Part shown: one piece after another, positions 1-11,113 of the stretch
How positions within the stretch are numbered: the first letter of the stretch is position 1
Layout of the letters: every line of letters begins with the position of its first letter
Assembly (NCBI GenBank): GCA_963775345.1
Contig: CAVZIS010000002.1
Span: 44,179-108,178, forward strand
Direction of reading: 5' to 3'
Length of the DNA stretch: 64,000 nt
DNA from: Vicinamibacterales bacterium
GTDB lineage: Bacteria; Acidobacteriota; Vicinamibacteria; Vicinamibacterales; JAMQPK01
The notes under the pieces: generated by a model
The model's database searches: none
Told to the model about the DNA's origin: nothing
Seen by the model: only the letters and a program-made list of their open reading frames with translations
Program-made: the position numbers and the translations under genes

Positions 1-943
1 TGTGACAGGGTTTGGCGGAAACGGCTAAACGAGCTGAGCTCGGTGTGGCCCGATTTTGTCAGCGGCCACAACACCGGCCTGCACAAGACACGCGTCGCCT
101 CGCGCCGGATCCGCGAGGCGCTGCCTGTTGTCGGCGTGTGCGCGCCGCAGAGCAAGGTCAAGAAACTGAACAAGAAGATGCGGGCGCTGACGCGGTACCT
201 CGGACCGATTCGGGAGCTCGACGTCGAATTGGACATCCTGGACGCCGCGTCGAAAGCCGAGGGCGTGCCGGGCCGGGCCATCGAAATGGTGCGGCGGGAG
301 ATCGCCACCAAGCGCCAGGCGTTGCGTCATGAGCTGGCAGAGAACGCTCCCGTCGGAGATGTGAAGAAGCTGATCAGGAAGCTCGAGCGGGTCGGCAAGA
401 GGGAAGAGGGAAAAGGAAAGGGAGACAGCGAGTACGAGGCCCGATGGCGAAGCGCGCTCGCCGCCCGGGTGTTGCGCCGAGCGAAGAGTCTTGGGGACGC
501 AGCTCGATCAGGCGGGACCTCTCTACGCGCCCGAGCGCATTCACGACGTCCGCATCTCCACGAAGAAATTGCGCTACGCTCTCGAGATCGCGAAGGACGC
601 CGGCGTCCCCGGCGCTGCCGTGTCGATACGAACTCTGAAGAAACAGCAGGACCGGCTTGGCCGCCTGCACGATCTGCAGGCGCTGCTGAAGCACGTTCGA
701 GAGGCGGATGCGTCGCCGACTATCGGTTCGCGAGTGAACGATCTGGCCGCCTACGCAGATTTTCTCGAGCGCGACTGCAGGAAGCTGCACGCCGCCTTCG
801 TCGAGCGTCGAGAGGAGCTCACCGACTGCGTGAAGCAGGTTCGTCAGCAGCTTGTTCCGGCGCTGACGACTCCAGCGCGCCGGCAGGCGCGTGTCGCGAG
901 CGCGAGCCGCTCACACGTTCGTGACCGAGCGCGCGCGAAGTAG
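1..943 (+). CDS. CHAD domain protein (5' end outside window; reading frame switches near 485-495)
   Basis: The frame is open from base 1. Pieces 43-924 (HKTRVASRRIREALPVV, LGPIRELDVELDIL) and 491-943 (IHDVRISTKKLRYALEIA, QDRLGRLHDLQ) both carry CHAD-type helical motifs but lie in different frames. Confidence 0.65.
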
Positions 944-946
944 CTG

Positions 947-1456
947 ATGGTCAACGAACAGTTCGAGCTCTATCTGATCCGCCATGGGGTCGCCGCGGAG
1001 CGGGGTGATAATTATCCAGACGATACGAAGCGTCCGCTGACGAGCGAAGGCATTCAGAAGCTCAGGCGGGAAGGAAAGGCACTCGTCGCGCTCGATCTCA
1101 CGTTCGAGGTAATTCTCACGAGTCCGCTCGTTCGCACTCGACAGACCGCCGAAACGATCGCCGCCTCGTATCGCACGGCGCCCCCGATCGTGAACGTTCA
1201 GGCGCTCGCCCCGGGCGGCACACACAACGCCATCATCGAGGAGCTGTCGAAGCACCATCGCCGCCACAAGATCGCGATCGTCGGCCATGAGCCCGGCATA
1301 GGCGAGCTGGCCTCGCGGTTGGTCGGTCTGCGAAGAGCGTTGGAGTTCAAGAAGGGCGCGATCTGCCGGATCGACGTCGCCGCGTTACCGCCGGCGGGTC
1401 CCGGTCAGCTCCGCTGGTTTCTCACGCCGCGAATCCTGCGGAAGATCGGAAAGTGA
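947..1456 (+). CDS. sixA: phosphohistidine phosphatase SixA
   Basis: Intact 169-aa ORF with the histidine-phosphatase RHG motif (LYLIRHGVA), TSPLVRTRQTAE and a downstream GHEP motif. Confidence 0.85.
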   Translation: MVNEQFELYLIRHGVAAERGDNYPDDTKRPLTSEGIQKLRREGKALVALDLTFEVILTSPLVRTRQTAETIAASYRTAPPIVNVQALAPGGTHNAIIEELSKHHRRHKIAIVGHEPGIGELASRLVGLRRALEFKKGAICRIDVAALPPAGPGQLRWFLTPRILRKIGK

Positions 1457-1484
1457 GCTCGTCAATTCGCCTGCGCCGGTGCTT

Positions 1485-2742
1485 CTACACCAGTGTGCCT
1501 GGTTTGACGTGTCCGCCTTTGGGGACGATGATGATGCCGTTGCGGATGAAGTAGCCGTCGCCGTCGGCGTGCTGGATGCGGCTCTCGTTAACCAACCGCG
1601 CGCCCGCCCCGATGGATGCGTTCTTGTCGATGATCACCCGGTCGAGAGTGACGTCCCGGCCAATCCCGAGCATGTCCAAATCGGTTGAGGCATATTGGTC
1701 GGCGCCCAGCAGCACCGACCGCGTAATGCGTGTGCCTTTGCGGACGTGCGTCCGGATGCCGATGACCGATTGTTCGATCGAACACTCTTCGAGAAAGCAC
1801 CCGTCGGCGACAATCGATTCCCGAACCGTGCACGACCGCAAGTGCGATGGTGGCAGGAATCGCTCGTGCGTGAAGATCGGCCGGCGCGGATCGTAGAACT
1901 TGAACGGCGCGTGGGGCTGCGTCAACAGGATGTTCGCCTCGTAGAACGACTCGATCGTGCCGACGTCAGCCCAATAGCCATCGTGTAGATAGGCCCGCAC
2001 GCGATGTGACTCGAGCGCGGACGGAATGATTTCTCGTCCGAAATCGGTCACGGTCGTGTTGCGCATGAATCTCCAGCAGCACCTCGCGCGAAAAAACGTA
2101 GATCCCCATCGACGCGATGAAGGGCTTCTGCGGATCGGAAGTCTGGGCGTGGAACGGGCCGCCACGCGGCGCGCTGCTGCTGATAACGGCCAACCGCTCG
2201 AGATCGGGCTTTTCCTCGAATCCCACGATCTGGCCATCACGATGGAAGCGAAAGATGCCCATCGCCGGAGCGTCCGCCGATGTCACCGGCAGCGCGGCGA
2301 CGGTGATGTCTGCGTGCTGATCGACGTGGGCTTCGAGGAGCCTGCCGTAGTCCATCCGATAGAGATGATCGCCGGCCAGAATCAGATAGTAGTCGGCGTC
2401 GTGTCGGGAGAAGTGGCGTTCCGCCTGGCGCACGGCGTCGGCGGTGCCCTGAAACCAGTTCGAGTTGTCCGGGGTCTGTTCCGCCGCGATGATATCAACG
2501 AAGCCGCGCGAGAAGGGATCCATGTGATAGCTCTGCGCGACGTGATGGTTGAGTGATGCCGAGTTGAACTGCGTCAGGACGAAGATGCGCCTGAGATCGG
2601 CGTGCAGGCAGCTGCTGATGGGCACGTCGATCAGCCGGTATTTTCCGCCTATCGGCACGGCAGGCTTCGAGCGCTGGTGTGTCAGTGGAAACAGACGGGA
2701 TCCCTGGCCGCCACCCAGGATGATGGCGAGTACGTCCTCCAT
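1485..2742 (-). CDS. glgC: glucose-1-phosphate adenylyltransferase (frame switch near 2068-2072)
   Basis: The N-terminal part (MEDVLAIILGGGQGSRLFPLT, KPAVPIGGKYRLIDV) is in frame 1966-2904. The C-terminal left-handed beta-helix part (YWADVGTIESFYEANILL ... IIIVPKGGHV) is in frame 1485-2240. The ATG at 2742 directly follows the upstream gene's stop. Confidence 0.9.
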
Positions 2743-2744
2743 CT

Positions 2745-3840
2745 TCAGGTCATGATTCCCATGAAGAAGAGCACGAGCTCGAAGACCAGAATTCCGATAA
2801 TGGTCAACTCGAGGAGCTCTCCCCGCACCATGCCGAGACGCTCGACGGAGAACCGGTAGATATCGTCCAGCGTTTTCAGTTTTTCGCTCACGTTTGTCTT
2901 CCATCGGTCCAGATCGAGCCGGGCGCCGACGAGCGCGAACAGCCGTGCGGCGTAGACGTCGCCGACGATCTTCAAGGCATTCTCGGTTCTGTCGGTCAGC
3001 TCGTTGACGTCGATGAAGAGCGCATGCACCTGTCGCACCGCGTCGGCGTAGTGACGGCCGAACAGCCAGTCATACCAGTGTGGTTCCTTCTGGACCTTGG
3101 CGTAGATATCCGCAAGCGCGGCGTCGAGCAGCTCGTCGTAATAGCGGAACTGCAGGAGCTGTGAGTTCGCGAACTCGGCGATCTCGACCGCGGCGAGCGT
3201 TCCGGCGGGAGTATCGTACACGAACGCCGCGTTCCATGTCGGAATCACGAGATCGTCGGCGAGGTACGAGATGCGATGGCGGAGAATCTCGTCGCGTTCC
3301 TGACGGCTCAACGCTGCGCTTTCCCCGCGAAGCAACGACGCGATGACGTCGCCGTGATGGGCGACGAGGTCGTCGGCCGTGTGCGAGCTGACTCAGTTCG
3401 TTCACGGCAAAGACGAGGTAGTCCTCGGTCAGGAGCGTTTGACGGGGCTGCAGCGATTGCCGCCTTCAGCCGGTCGGCGACCGAACGGCACGCCTGTTCA
3501 GCCTGTCGCTCGAGCGCTTCGTTCTCCACAAGTTCATTGGAGGCATGTGCGAGACTCGGACCAGGAGCCGCTGAAGTCCCTGCGTCAGCCGCAGCGAAAT
3601 GATGCCGTAGTCGAACAGCTTGAACCCGACGCGAAACCCGTCGATGGAGGGAAAATCCACGGCGGCGCCTTCGAACCACAGCGGGGGCTGCTGATACTGC
3701 ACGTAGGCCGGAGTGGCCTGTTTGGGGGCGAATTTCGATCGCACGCTGCCGCCGATGACTGACGCGGCAGCCTGAAGGTCGGCGGCCTCGGCGACGTCAA
3801 ACAGGTAGAGCGCGAAGATCTGCCCATGAAGAGACTCCAT
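2745..3840 (-). CDS. DUF155 / RMD1-family protein (about two frame switches between 3340 and 3600)
   Basis: The N-terminal piece is 3466-3840 (IFALYLFDVAE ... FDYGIISLRL). The C-terminal piece is 2745-3335 and ends in a TM helix (LTIIGILVFELVLFFMGI). A middle piece sits in a third frame. Confidence 0.55.
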
Positions 3841-3852
3841 GGGAGCAGGATA

Positions 3853-4581
3853 TCAATCTATCGGGGGTGCAGACTCAGGCTCCTCGACAAATCGGTAGCC
3901 CATGCCGATCACGGTCTCGATCTGGCGGCCGGCCGACCCCAGTTTTCCGCGCAGGCGCCCGACATGGACGTCGACCGAGCGGGTCTCGACCTGCCGGTCG
4001 AGGCCCCATACGCGTTCCAGGAGCCTGTCGCGTGAAAGGACGCGATTTCGATTCTCGACCAGGAATCGAAGGAGCTCGAATTCGCGCTTCGTGAGCCTGA
4101 CCGGAGAGCCCGACACACGGACCGAAACGCCCTCGAAATCGATCGCCAGTCGGCCACCCTGGTACGCCTGCGCCTGATCGACAGAGACTACCTGTTGCGG
4201 CCGCCGCAGGACGGCCCGCACTCTCGCGACCAGCTCGCGCAGGCTGAAGGGTTTGGTGACGTAATCATCAGCGCCAAGGTCGAGTCCGGCAACACGATCG
4301 GTCTCGCCGGTCCGAGCGGTGACCATGATGATTGGAATTCCGGCGCTTGCCGGACGACCGCGCAGCAGGCGGCACACTTCCAGACCATCGATGAATGGCA
4401 GGTTCAGGTCCAGCAGGACGAGGTTCGGCGGCTCCTCCATGACGGACTTCAGGGCCGCAGCTCCGGTTCCGACGTGCTCGACTTCCAGGTCCCCACCGCG
4501 CTCGAGCGCGTGCTTCATGAGCCCCGCGATATCCGGCTCGTCTTCGACAATCAGGACTCGCGCCTTGCCCGGCTTTATCAT
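3853..4581 (-). CDS. OmpR/PhoB-family response regulator
   Basis: Intact ORF. The receiver domain shows RVLIVEDEP, LVLLDLNLPFIDG and DDYVTKPF. The winged-helix output shows LTKREFELLRFL and VDVHVGRLRGKL. The start is taken at MIKPGKARVLIVEDE. Confidence 0.9.
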   Translation of the reverse strand: MIKPGKARVLIVEDEPDIAGLMKHALERGGDLEVEHVGTGAAALKSVMEEPPNLVLLDLNLPFIDGLEVCRLLRGRPASAGIPIIMVTARTGETDRVAGLDLGADDYVTKPFSLRELVARVRAVLRRPQQVVSVDQAQAYQGGRLAIDFEGVSVRVSGSPVRLTKREFELLRFLVENRNRVLSRDRLLERVWGLDRQVETRSVDVHVGRLRGKLGSAGRQIETVIGMGYRFVEEPESAPPID

Positions 4582-4792
4582 CCAGGGGCACATTACAAAG
4601 GTCGTGTTACCCCGCGATTGCCAAGGTGTTAATTCTGGGTAACTCGGCGTACAGCACAATCCCTGCCGGGAGTGTAGCGTTTCGTGACATTCTCAAGCGC
4701 TGTTCACAGACCGTCTGCAGTTCGAGTGCTGGACCGAAAATGGCCCGTTTTTCGCAGGAATATGTCAGGCTAGGTAACGAAAGGACATTTAC

Positions 4793-5014
4793 ATGATCTT
4801 TTCGAAGCGTTTACGAAGCGAGGATCATTTCAGGCAGTTCGTGGTCGACGAAGCCGACGACCGTGGGTGGGAAGTCCGTGAGGAACAGGATAATCACATC
4901 GTGAAGCGGACCTGGATGCACGACTGGCATCGCGTCGAAAATGCGATGATGAAATTTGCTCTCGAAGCGATTCAGCTGCAGCGCGCCGGCTGGGTCGAAG
5001 TGCCAGCTCGTTAG
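4793..5014 (+). CDS. hypothetical small protein
   Basis: 73-aa ORF with normal amino-acid composition and an AAAGGA-like site upstream. No family recognised. Confidence 0.35.
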   Translation: MIFSKRLRSEDHFRQFVVDEADDRGWEVREEQDNHIVKRTWMHDWHRVENAMMKFALEAIQLQRAGWVEVPAR

Positions 5015-5412
5015 TCAAACGCCGTGTCAATCGAGACGCCGGGCGCCAGCGCGCGGGTGACCGGCGTCTTGTCGGCTATCTCGAGCAGTTTCGCCCGTTG
5101 CCCCGTATCGACATTCTCAGCGACAGAGATCTTTCGTTCAATTCGGAGCGGCTCTTCACCCTCTTTCAGCAAGCGCAGGGTTACTTCGATCACGCCAAGG
5201 TTCCATTGCTTGCGGTCGGCGTACATTCGCAAGGTTATCGCGGTGCAGGCGCCCAGGCTGCTCAGCAGGAGCTCGAAGGGACTCGGCCCTGTGTTGGTGC
5301 CACCTCGCCTTTCGGGCTCGTCGGATCTGAATTCATGTGCCGCGGTCGTGATGCGTTGAGCGTACCCTCGCTCACCGATCACACTTGCACTCGCAAAGAT
5401 CATCGTTGCCAT
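5011..5412 (-). CDS. OsmC/Ohr-family peroxiredoxin-like protein
   Basis: Intact 133-aa ORF with [24 protein letters not shown] and KTPVTRAL, typical of the OsmC family. Confidence 0.8.
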   Translation of the reverse strand: MATMIFASASVIGERGYAQRITTAAHEFRSDEPERRGGTNTGPSPFELLLSSLGACTAITLRMYADRKQWNLGVIEVTLRLLKEGEEPLRIERKISVAENVDTGQRAKLLEIADKTPVTRALAPGVSIDTAFD

Positions 5413-5460
5413 GGGTGGACTATTATCACTGAAAGGGAAGAGGGAAGAGGGGAGATCAAA

Positions 5461-6167
5461 ATGTTTGCTTCACGAAAGACGACGATGGTTGAACCCGACA
5501 AGGCGCTTCGCGGGCGTGCAGCGAAAATGCCGGTCGCAGATCGACATGCCGTGCATGGTACGCCGCTGGACGACGCCTTCGAGGGCATGGAGATGGCGTT
5601 GTTCGGCATGGGCTGTTTCTGGGGCGCAGAGAAAGGCTTCTGGCTGGTCCCGGGTGTCGTTTCGACTTCGGTCGGGTTACTCAGGCGGGTACACCCCCAA
5701 CGCGACGTACGAAGAAGTGTGCTCGGGACAGACGGGTCATACCGAAGTCGTGCGCGTCGTTTTCGACCCCAAAGTCACGTCATATGACGCGATGCTCAGG
5801 CAATTCTGGGAAGGCCACGATCCCACACAGGGCATGAGGCAGGGCGCCGACACGGGGACGCAGTATCGCTCGGCGATTTACTACTACTCGGATGCGCAGG
5901 ACGGCAGCGGAGCAGTCGAAAGAAATGTATCAGGCAAGGCTCTCGGCGGCCGGCTACGGTCGAATAACAACCGAAATCGCGCCTGCGCCTGCCTACTACT
6001 TCGCCGAGGACTATCACCAGCAATACCTTGCGAAGAATCCTCGTGGATATTGCGGTCACGGCGGCACCGGTGTCAGTTGCCCGGTGGGCGCAGCAGCGTC
6101 GCGAAGTAACGCGTTGTTTACAAATAATTTACATTCCGGAAACGGCGGGAAATCGCCACGCGATTAA
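5461..6167 (+). CDS. msrA: peptide methionine (S)-S-oxide reductase MsrA (two frame switches, near 5674 and 5895; 3' end uncertain)
   Basis: [13 protein letters not shown] is in one frame, [31 protein letters not shown] in a second, and [25 protein letters not shown] in a third. The first switch fits one extra base in gtcgggttactc. Confidence 0.85.
6117..6133 (+). promoter_or_regulatory. Pho-box-like direct repeat upstream of pstS
   Basis: TTTACA-aataa-TTTACA has an 11-bp period and lies 44 bp upstream of the pstS ATG. It matches the TT(A/T/C)ACA N5 direct-repeat logic of PhoP/PhoB-type boxes. Confidence 0.4.
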
Positions 6168-6176
6168 TGTGAAGCC

Positions 6177-7207
6177 ATGAACATTCACATAAAGCCATTC
6201 CTGATGGTCGCGGTCGTCGCGATGTGGGCGGCATGCGGAGGAGGTGAAGCTCCTGGGACCGCGGGTCAGCCGTCAGGTTCGGCTTCCGAAGTCATAGCGG
6301 TCGATGGATCCAGCACCGTATTTCCCGTGACGGAGGCCGTGGCCGAGGAGTTTCAGAAGGAGAATCGTGGCACGCAGGTCACGGTTGGCAATTCCGGTAC
6401 GGGCGGCGGTTTTCAGAAATTCTGCCGGGGCGAGACGGTGATTTCGGACGCGTCACGGCCGATCAGCGCAACGGAAATTGAGGCGTGTCAGAAGGCCGGG
6501 CATCAACTACATCGAGCTCCCTATCGCGTATGACGGCCTCGCGGTCGTCGTGAATCCGAAGAACACATGGGCGACGTCAATCACGGTCGCAGAGCTCAAG
6601 AAAATGTGGGATCCGGCGGCGCAAGGAAAGGTCCTTCGCTGGAATCAGGTGCGGGCGGACTGGCCGAACCAGGAAATTCATCTGTTCGGCGCGGGCGTGG
6701 ATTCGGGCACGTTCGACTACTTTACCGAAGTCATCAACGGCAAGGCCAAAGTCAGCCGCGGCGATTACACGTCCAGTGAGGACGACAACATGCTGGTCCA
6801 GGGCGTCGCCGGCGACCAGTATGCGTTGGGCTACATGGGGCTGGCCTATTACGAAGGAAACCACGACAAGCTGAAACTGGTGCCCGTCGACGATGGTGAT
6901 CCCGGCCAACGGTGCCGGACCTGTGGCGCCATCGCTCGAGACGGTGCGAAACGGCACGTACCGTCCGCTCTCGCGTCCGATTTTCATCTACGTCGACATT
7001 GCGGCACTGTCCCGTCCCGAGGTTCAAGCGGTTTGTGCAGTTCTATCTCGAGTCGGGCGCGTCCCTGATCAAAGAGGTGGGATACGTGCCGCTGACCGAT
7101 ACGGAGCAACGGTTGGTGCGCGAGCGATTCGCCGCCAGGAAGACCGGCACGATGTTCGATGCGGCAGCCCACTCCGATCCGAAGGATTACCCTCGAACAG
7201 AGGTTGA
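6177..7207 (+). CDS. pstS: phosphate ABC transporter substrate-binding protein PstS (at least three frame switches; 3' end approximate)
   Basis: Signal/lipoprotein N-terminus ([10 protein letters not shown]), then [37 protein letters not shown] and [14 protein letters not shown]. The pieces are spread over frames 6177-6533, 6478-7068, 6893-7207 and 6912-. Confidence 0.8.
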
Positions 7208-7220
7208 CCGGCCAGGTGAA

Positions 7221-8112
7221 ATGAACAACCGGCAGCGTCGGGTGATCGAGTTCGTCATCGAGCGCACACTGTTCCTGTGCGCGGCCATCTCGGTTCTCGT
7301 CACCGGCGGCATCATCGCGGTGTTGTTGTTCGAGACGCTCGCATTTCTGCGGGAAGTGCCGGTAATCGAGTTTCTGACCGGCACCGAGTGGACGCCGCTG
7401 TTTTCCGAAAAGCACTTCGGCGTGCTTCCGCTTGTCGCCGGCACCGCTCTGGTGTCGGCGATCGCGATGATCGTCGCGCTCCCCGCCGGCCTGCTTGCGG
7501 CAATCTATCTGAGTGAATACGCGCCGTCGCGGCTGCGCCGGGTGGTGAAGCCGCTGCTCGAGGTGCTTGCAGGCGTTCCGACGGTGGTCTACGGGTACTT
7601 CGCGCTTCTGTTCGTCACGCCCGCTGCTGCAGCAGTTCATTCCGACGCTCTCGGGATTCAATGCGCTCGGTCCCGGAATCGTCATGGGCATCATGATTCT
7701 TCCGCTGGTTTCCTCCCTTGTCCGAGGATGCGCTCCATTCGGTGCCCAATGGATTGCGTGAAGGGGCGTTTGCGCTCGGCGCAACCCGCATGCAGTCGAC
7801 CCTCCGGGTCGTCGTGCCGGCAGCGTTCTCCGGTATTTCCGCATCCTTCATCCTGGCCATCTCCCGCGCCATCGGCGAGACGATGATTGTTGCGATTGCC
7901 GCGGGGCAGCAGCCTCGTCTGACGCTCAATCCCATGGTGCCCATCGAAACGATGACCGCGTATATCGTGCAGGTCAGCCTCGGTGATACCCCGGCAGGGA
8001 CGCTGGAGTACCGGACGATCTTTGCGGTCGGCATGCTGCTGTTCGTGATGACGTTCGTCCTCAACCTCGTGAGCAATCGGCTGCGCGGCGTTTCCGCGAG
8101 GAGTACGCGTGA
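7221..8112 (+). CDS. pstC: phosphate ABC transporter permease PstC (about three frame switches)
   Basis: The ATG is at 7221. TM-rich pieces and the permease EAA-type segment ([35 protein letters not shown]) are present. The likely true C-terminus RFREEYA* ends at the TGA at 8110-8112, overlapping the pstA GTG. Confidence 0.85.
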
Positions 8113-9013
8113 TCGAGACCTCAACGGCCGACGTACGGCGAAGCCCGACACTGAGGCTCGGTCGTGTGATCGGGGACTCGCTGCTCCAGTCCATCGCGAT
8201 CATCGTCGTGGCGGCTCGCGCTCATTTCTCTTGGAGCGCTGCTCTACGATGTGTTCGCTGACGGCTGGGGCCGTTTGAACTGGCAGTTTCTGACGAGCAT
8301 TCCGTCGCGGCGCCCTGCGGAAGCGGGAATCTATTCTGCGCTCATCGGCACGCTGTACCTGATCGGATTGACGACGATTCTCGCGCTGCCCGTGGGAGTC
8401 GCCGCGGCGATCTATCTCGAAGAGTACGGCAAGGGAAACTGGCTGGCGCGGATCATCGAGATCAATATCGCCAATCTTGCGGGTGTGCCCTCCATCATCT
8501 ACGGCCTGCTCGGGCTCGGACTATTCGTTCGGGCGTTTGGGTTCGGCCGCAGCGTGCTGGCGGGCGCGTCGACGATGGCGCTGCTGGTGCTGCCCGATCG
8601 TGATTCTGTCGACGCGCGAAGCCCTTCGAACGGTGCCGAAATCGATGCGCGAAGGGTCGTACGCGCTCGGCGCGACCAAATGGCAAACCATCTGGCATCA
8701 GGTGCTGCCGAGCGCTCTGCCGGGACTCTTCACAGGGCTGATTCTGGCGCTGTCGCGCGCGATCGGCGAGACGGCGCCGCTCATCACGATCGGCGCGTTG
8801 ACCTATGTGCCGTTTGCGCCCGACAGCATCTGGTCGCCGTTCACCGTGTTGCCGATTCAGATTTTCAACTGGCTCTCACGACCGCAGGTCGCGTTCGCCG
8901 AGAACGCGGCTGCCGGCATCATCGTCCTTCTGGTCCTCCTGCTCGCGATGAACAGCGTTGCAATCTCTCCTGCGCGATCGTCTTGCAGCGAACGACCGTT
9001 CGTCGTAGCCTGA
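8109..9013 (+). CDS. pstA: phosphate ABC transporter permease PstA (at least two frame switches)
   Basis: The GTG at 8109 overlaps the pstC stop. Motifs are [39 protein letters not shown] and [13 protein letters not shown], spread over three frames. Confidence 0.85.
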
Positions 9014-9021
9014 GTCGCGCA

Positions 9022-10166
9022 TCACCACCCGACGCGCAACCCGGTCGTCCACGACACACCCGAATACGCGCCGCCGTTGTTCGCGCTGTCGTTCATGTCC
9101 GCAAACTGAAGACCGCTCTGCAGCTTGAGCCGATGACCATACAAGTAGTAGTTGACCCCGAAATACAGGTCGTTGAACTCGTCGCCGCGGTCCTGAGACG
9201 ACGCGGCTTTCGTAGGTGGCGAGCCTGACTCCATCAGGTCCGTCGCTTCCAACGAACGTGTAGCGGGCGACGAGCTGAAGCCTTGTCCGTCACGTTGTAG
9301 AACGGCATTACCTGAAGGGCCCAGAGATCGCTTTGTTCGAAGATAGCCGGAAGCCACTGCCAAGGTCCGACCGAAAGCCGTACTTCGTTGTCTCGAGCCT
9401 GAAATTGATCGAGCCGACGTGATCCAGCTCTCTGGTGAACGTGTTGTCGGCGATCGGGGTGCTGGTATACGTAATTACCCGACAACAACGCCTCCTGCAC
9501 TCCGAGAGCCGGCGCAAAATCGTAGCCGAGGACGCCGAGCACGACGGCTCCGCCAGTGAACTCTCCAAGCTCGCGGTTGGCCTCGCCGGCGGAGTAAAGA
9601 GCGGCCCGATAGACCCATGGAGAGCGCCTGCCTGAAACGCTCACACCAGGGAGGTACTCTTGCGGGAACCAGATGTTGTTGGCGAGGTTGCTGCGATCGA
9701 TCGTCAGCAGCTCTCGCGAGGATGTCGCACCATCCAGGGTGAATGGCGCGCCTTGCTTCCCGATAGTGAGGGTCAGCCCTGGGCTCCTGGTCCACTGCAC
9801 GTACAAGTCTGTAAACCGGACATAAAAAGGATCGTGGCGCTGGGGATCGAGCTCGACCTCCCCGTGAAAGATCACCGTCCGAAAGAGCGTGATTCTCGGC
9901 CCGATTCGCCAGCGGCGGACGTTCCACTCGGAGTGATTGCCCTGGTCGGCGTCGACATCGGCGTACTCGTAATGCAGCCGGCCGCTCAAAAGTACCCGCT
10001 GCACGACAGGGTTCGAGTCATCGCGGTACCACTCGGTGACTTTCCGCCATATGTTGTCGTAGGGAGAGGAAGGGGTCGGGGTGGGCGTCGGTGCGGGCGT
10101 TTGTGCCGACGCGATGAACGCCGGGAAAAGTAACGCGATAACTCCAAGGGCAACGCGCAAGGACAA
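9022..10166 (-). CDS. phosphate-selective porin O/P family protein (several frame switches in the C-terminal third)
   Basis: Signal peptide ([11 protein letters not shown]) followed by beta-barrel style alternating sequence. The C-terminal piece 9022-9363 ends [14 protein letters not shown] with a terminal aromatic residue. The start is a TTG 3 nt after the arsM stop. Confidence 0.7.
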
Positions 10167-10169
10167 CGG

Positions 10170-11033
10170 TTACGCCACCGCTGAAGCGGGCGCGCAACAC
10201 TCCGGTCCGCAGCAAGACGCTGCCGTTGGTTTTTGCGCACGGATGAAGGCACTCGCAACAGTGCCTGCGTCCTTGTTCTCGAGTTCTCCAGCATTCACAC
10301 CGGCATTCGTGAGGAACGAGCGTGCATCGTCCATGCTGTAGATTCGCCAGATTTCAAGCGCGACGTTCGAAAAACCAGCCGCTCGAAGCTTGGCCTCATA
10401 TTCGGTGTCCTGTAAAGCGCCGGCGATACAGCCGACCCAGAGCTCCATGTTGCGTCGCACGGCTTCGCTGAGTTCACCTCGAACGACGACGTCAGAGACG
10501 GCGAGCCGGCCGCCGGGCTTCAACACGCGGAACGCTTCCCGCAGAACAGCGTCCTTATCGGCCGACAGATTGATGACGCAATTCGAGATAATCACGTCCA
10601 CCGAATCGTTCGGCAGTGGAATGGACTCGATCGTGGCCTTGAGAAACTCGACGTTTGTCGCACCCGCCTTTAGCTGATTGGCTCGTGCCAGTTCCAGCAT
10701 CTCATCAGTCATATCCAGGCCGTAGACCTTCCCTGCAGGGCCGACTCGTTTTGCGGATAGCAGGACATCGATGCCTCCGCCAGAGCCTAGATCGAGAACC
10801 GTTTCACCCGGGCTGAGCTCTGTTAGTGCTGTGGGATTCCCGCAGCCAAGTGACGCAGCAACGGCATTGGCAGGAAGGTCGCCAGTCTCACGATCGGAAT
10901 AGAGGTTCGAAGTGATTGGGTCGCCACACCCGCATGATGATGGGCCACAACATCCTTCAACCTTGCTGGAATTCTGAACGGCCTGCGCGATTGCGCCGTA
11001 TTTCTCCCGAACCGCATCTCGAATGTCGCTCAT
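10170..11033 (-). CDS. arsM: arsenite S-adenosylmethionine methyltransferase
   Basis: Intact ORF with cysteine-rich N-terminus ([10 protein letters not shown]), SAM motif [20 protein letters not shown] and C-terminal [15 protein letters not shown] ribosome-binding site precedes the ATG at 11033. Confidence 0.85.
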   Translation of the reverse strand: MSDIRDAVREKYGAIAQAVQNSSKVEGCCGPSSCGCGDPITSNLYSDRETGDLPANAVAASLGCGNPTALTELSPGETVLDLGSGGGIDVLLSAKRVGPAGKVYGLDMTDEMLELARANQLKAGATNVEFLKATIESIPLPNDSVDVIISNCVINLSADKDAVLREAFRVLKPGGRLAVSDVVVRGELSEAVRRNMELWVGCIAGALQDTEYEAKLRAAGFSNVALEIWRIYSMDDARSFLTNAGVNAGELENKDAGTVASAFIRAQKPTAASCCGPECCAPASAVA

Positions 11034-11113
11034 CGTGTCCTCCTCTATATATGTCAACGCGAATATAGTGAGGCAATGGTAGTCCGGCATGATATATTTG
11101 TCAAGGCATATAT
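11034..11113. promoter_or_regulatory. AT-rich divergent arsM/arsR promoter region with repeated ATATAT-TG(T/A)C motifs
   Basis: tatatatgtcaa (11046-11057), atatatttgtcaa (11092-11104) and catatatatgacca (11107-11120) lie in an 80-bp AT-rich gap between divergent genes. This is a candidate ArsR operator by position only. Confidence 0.3.
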
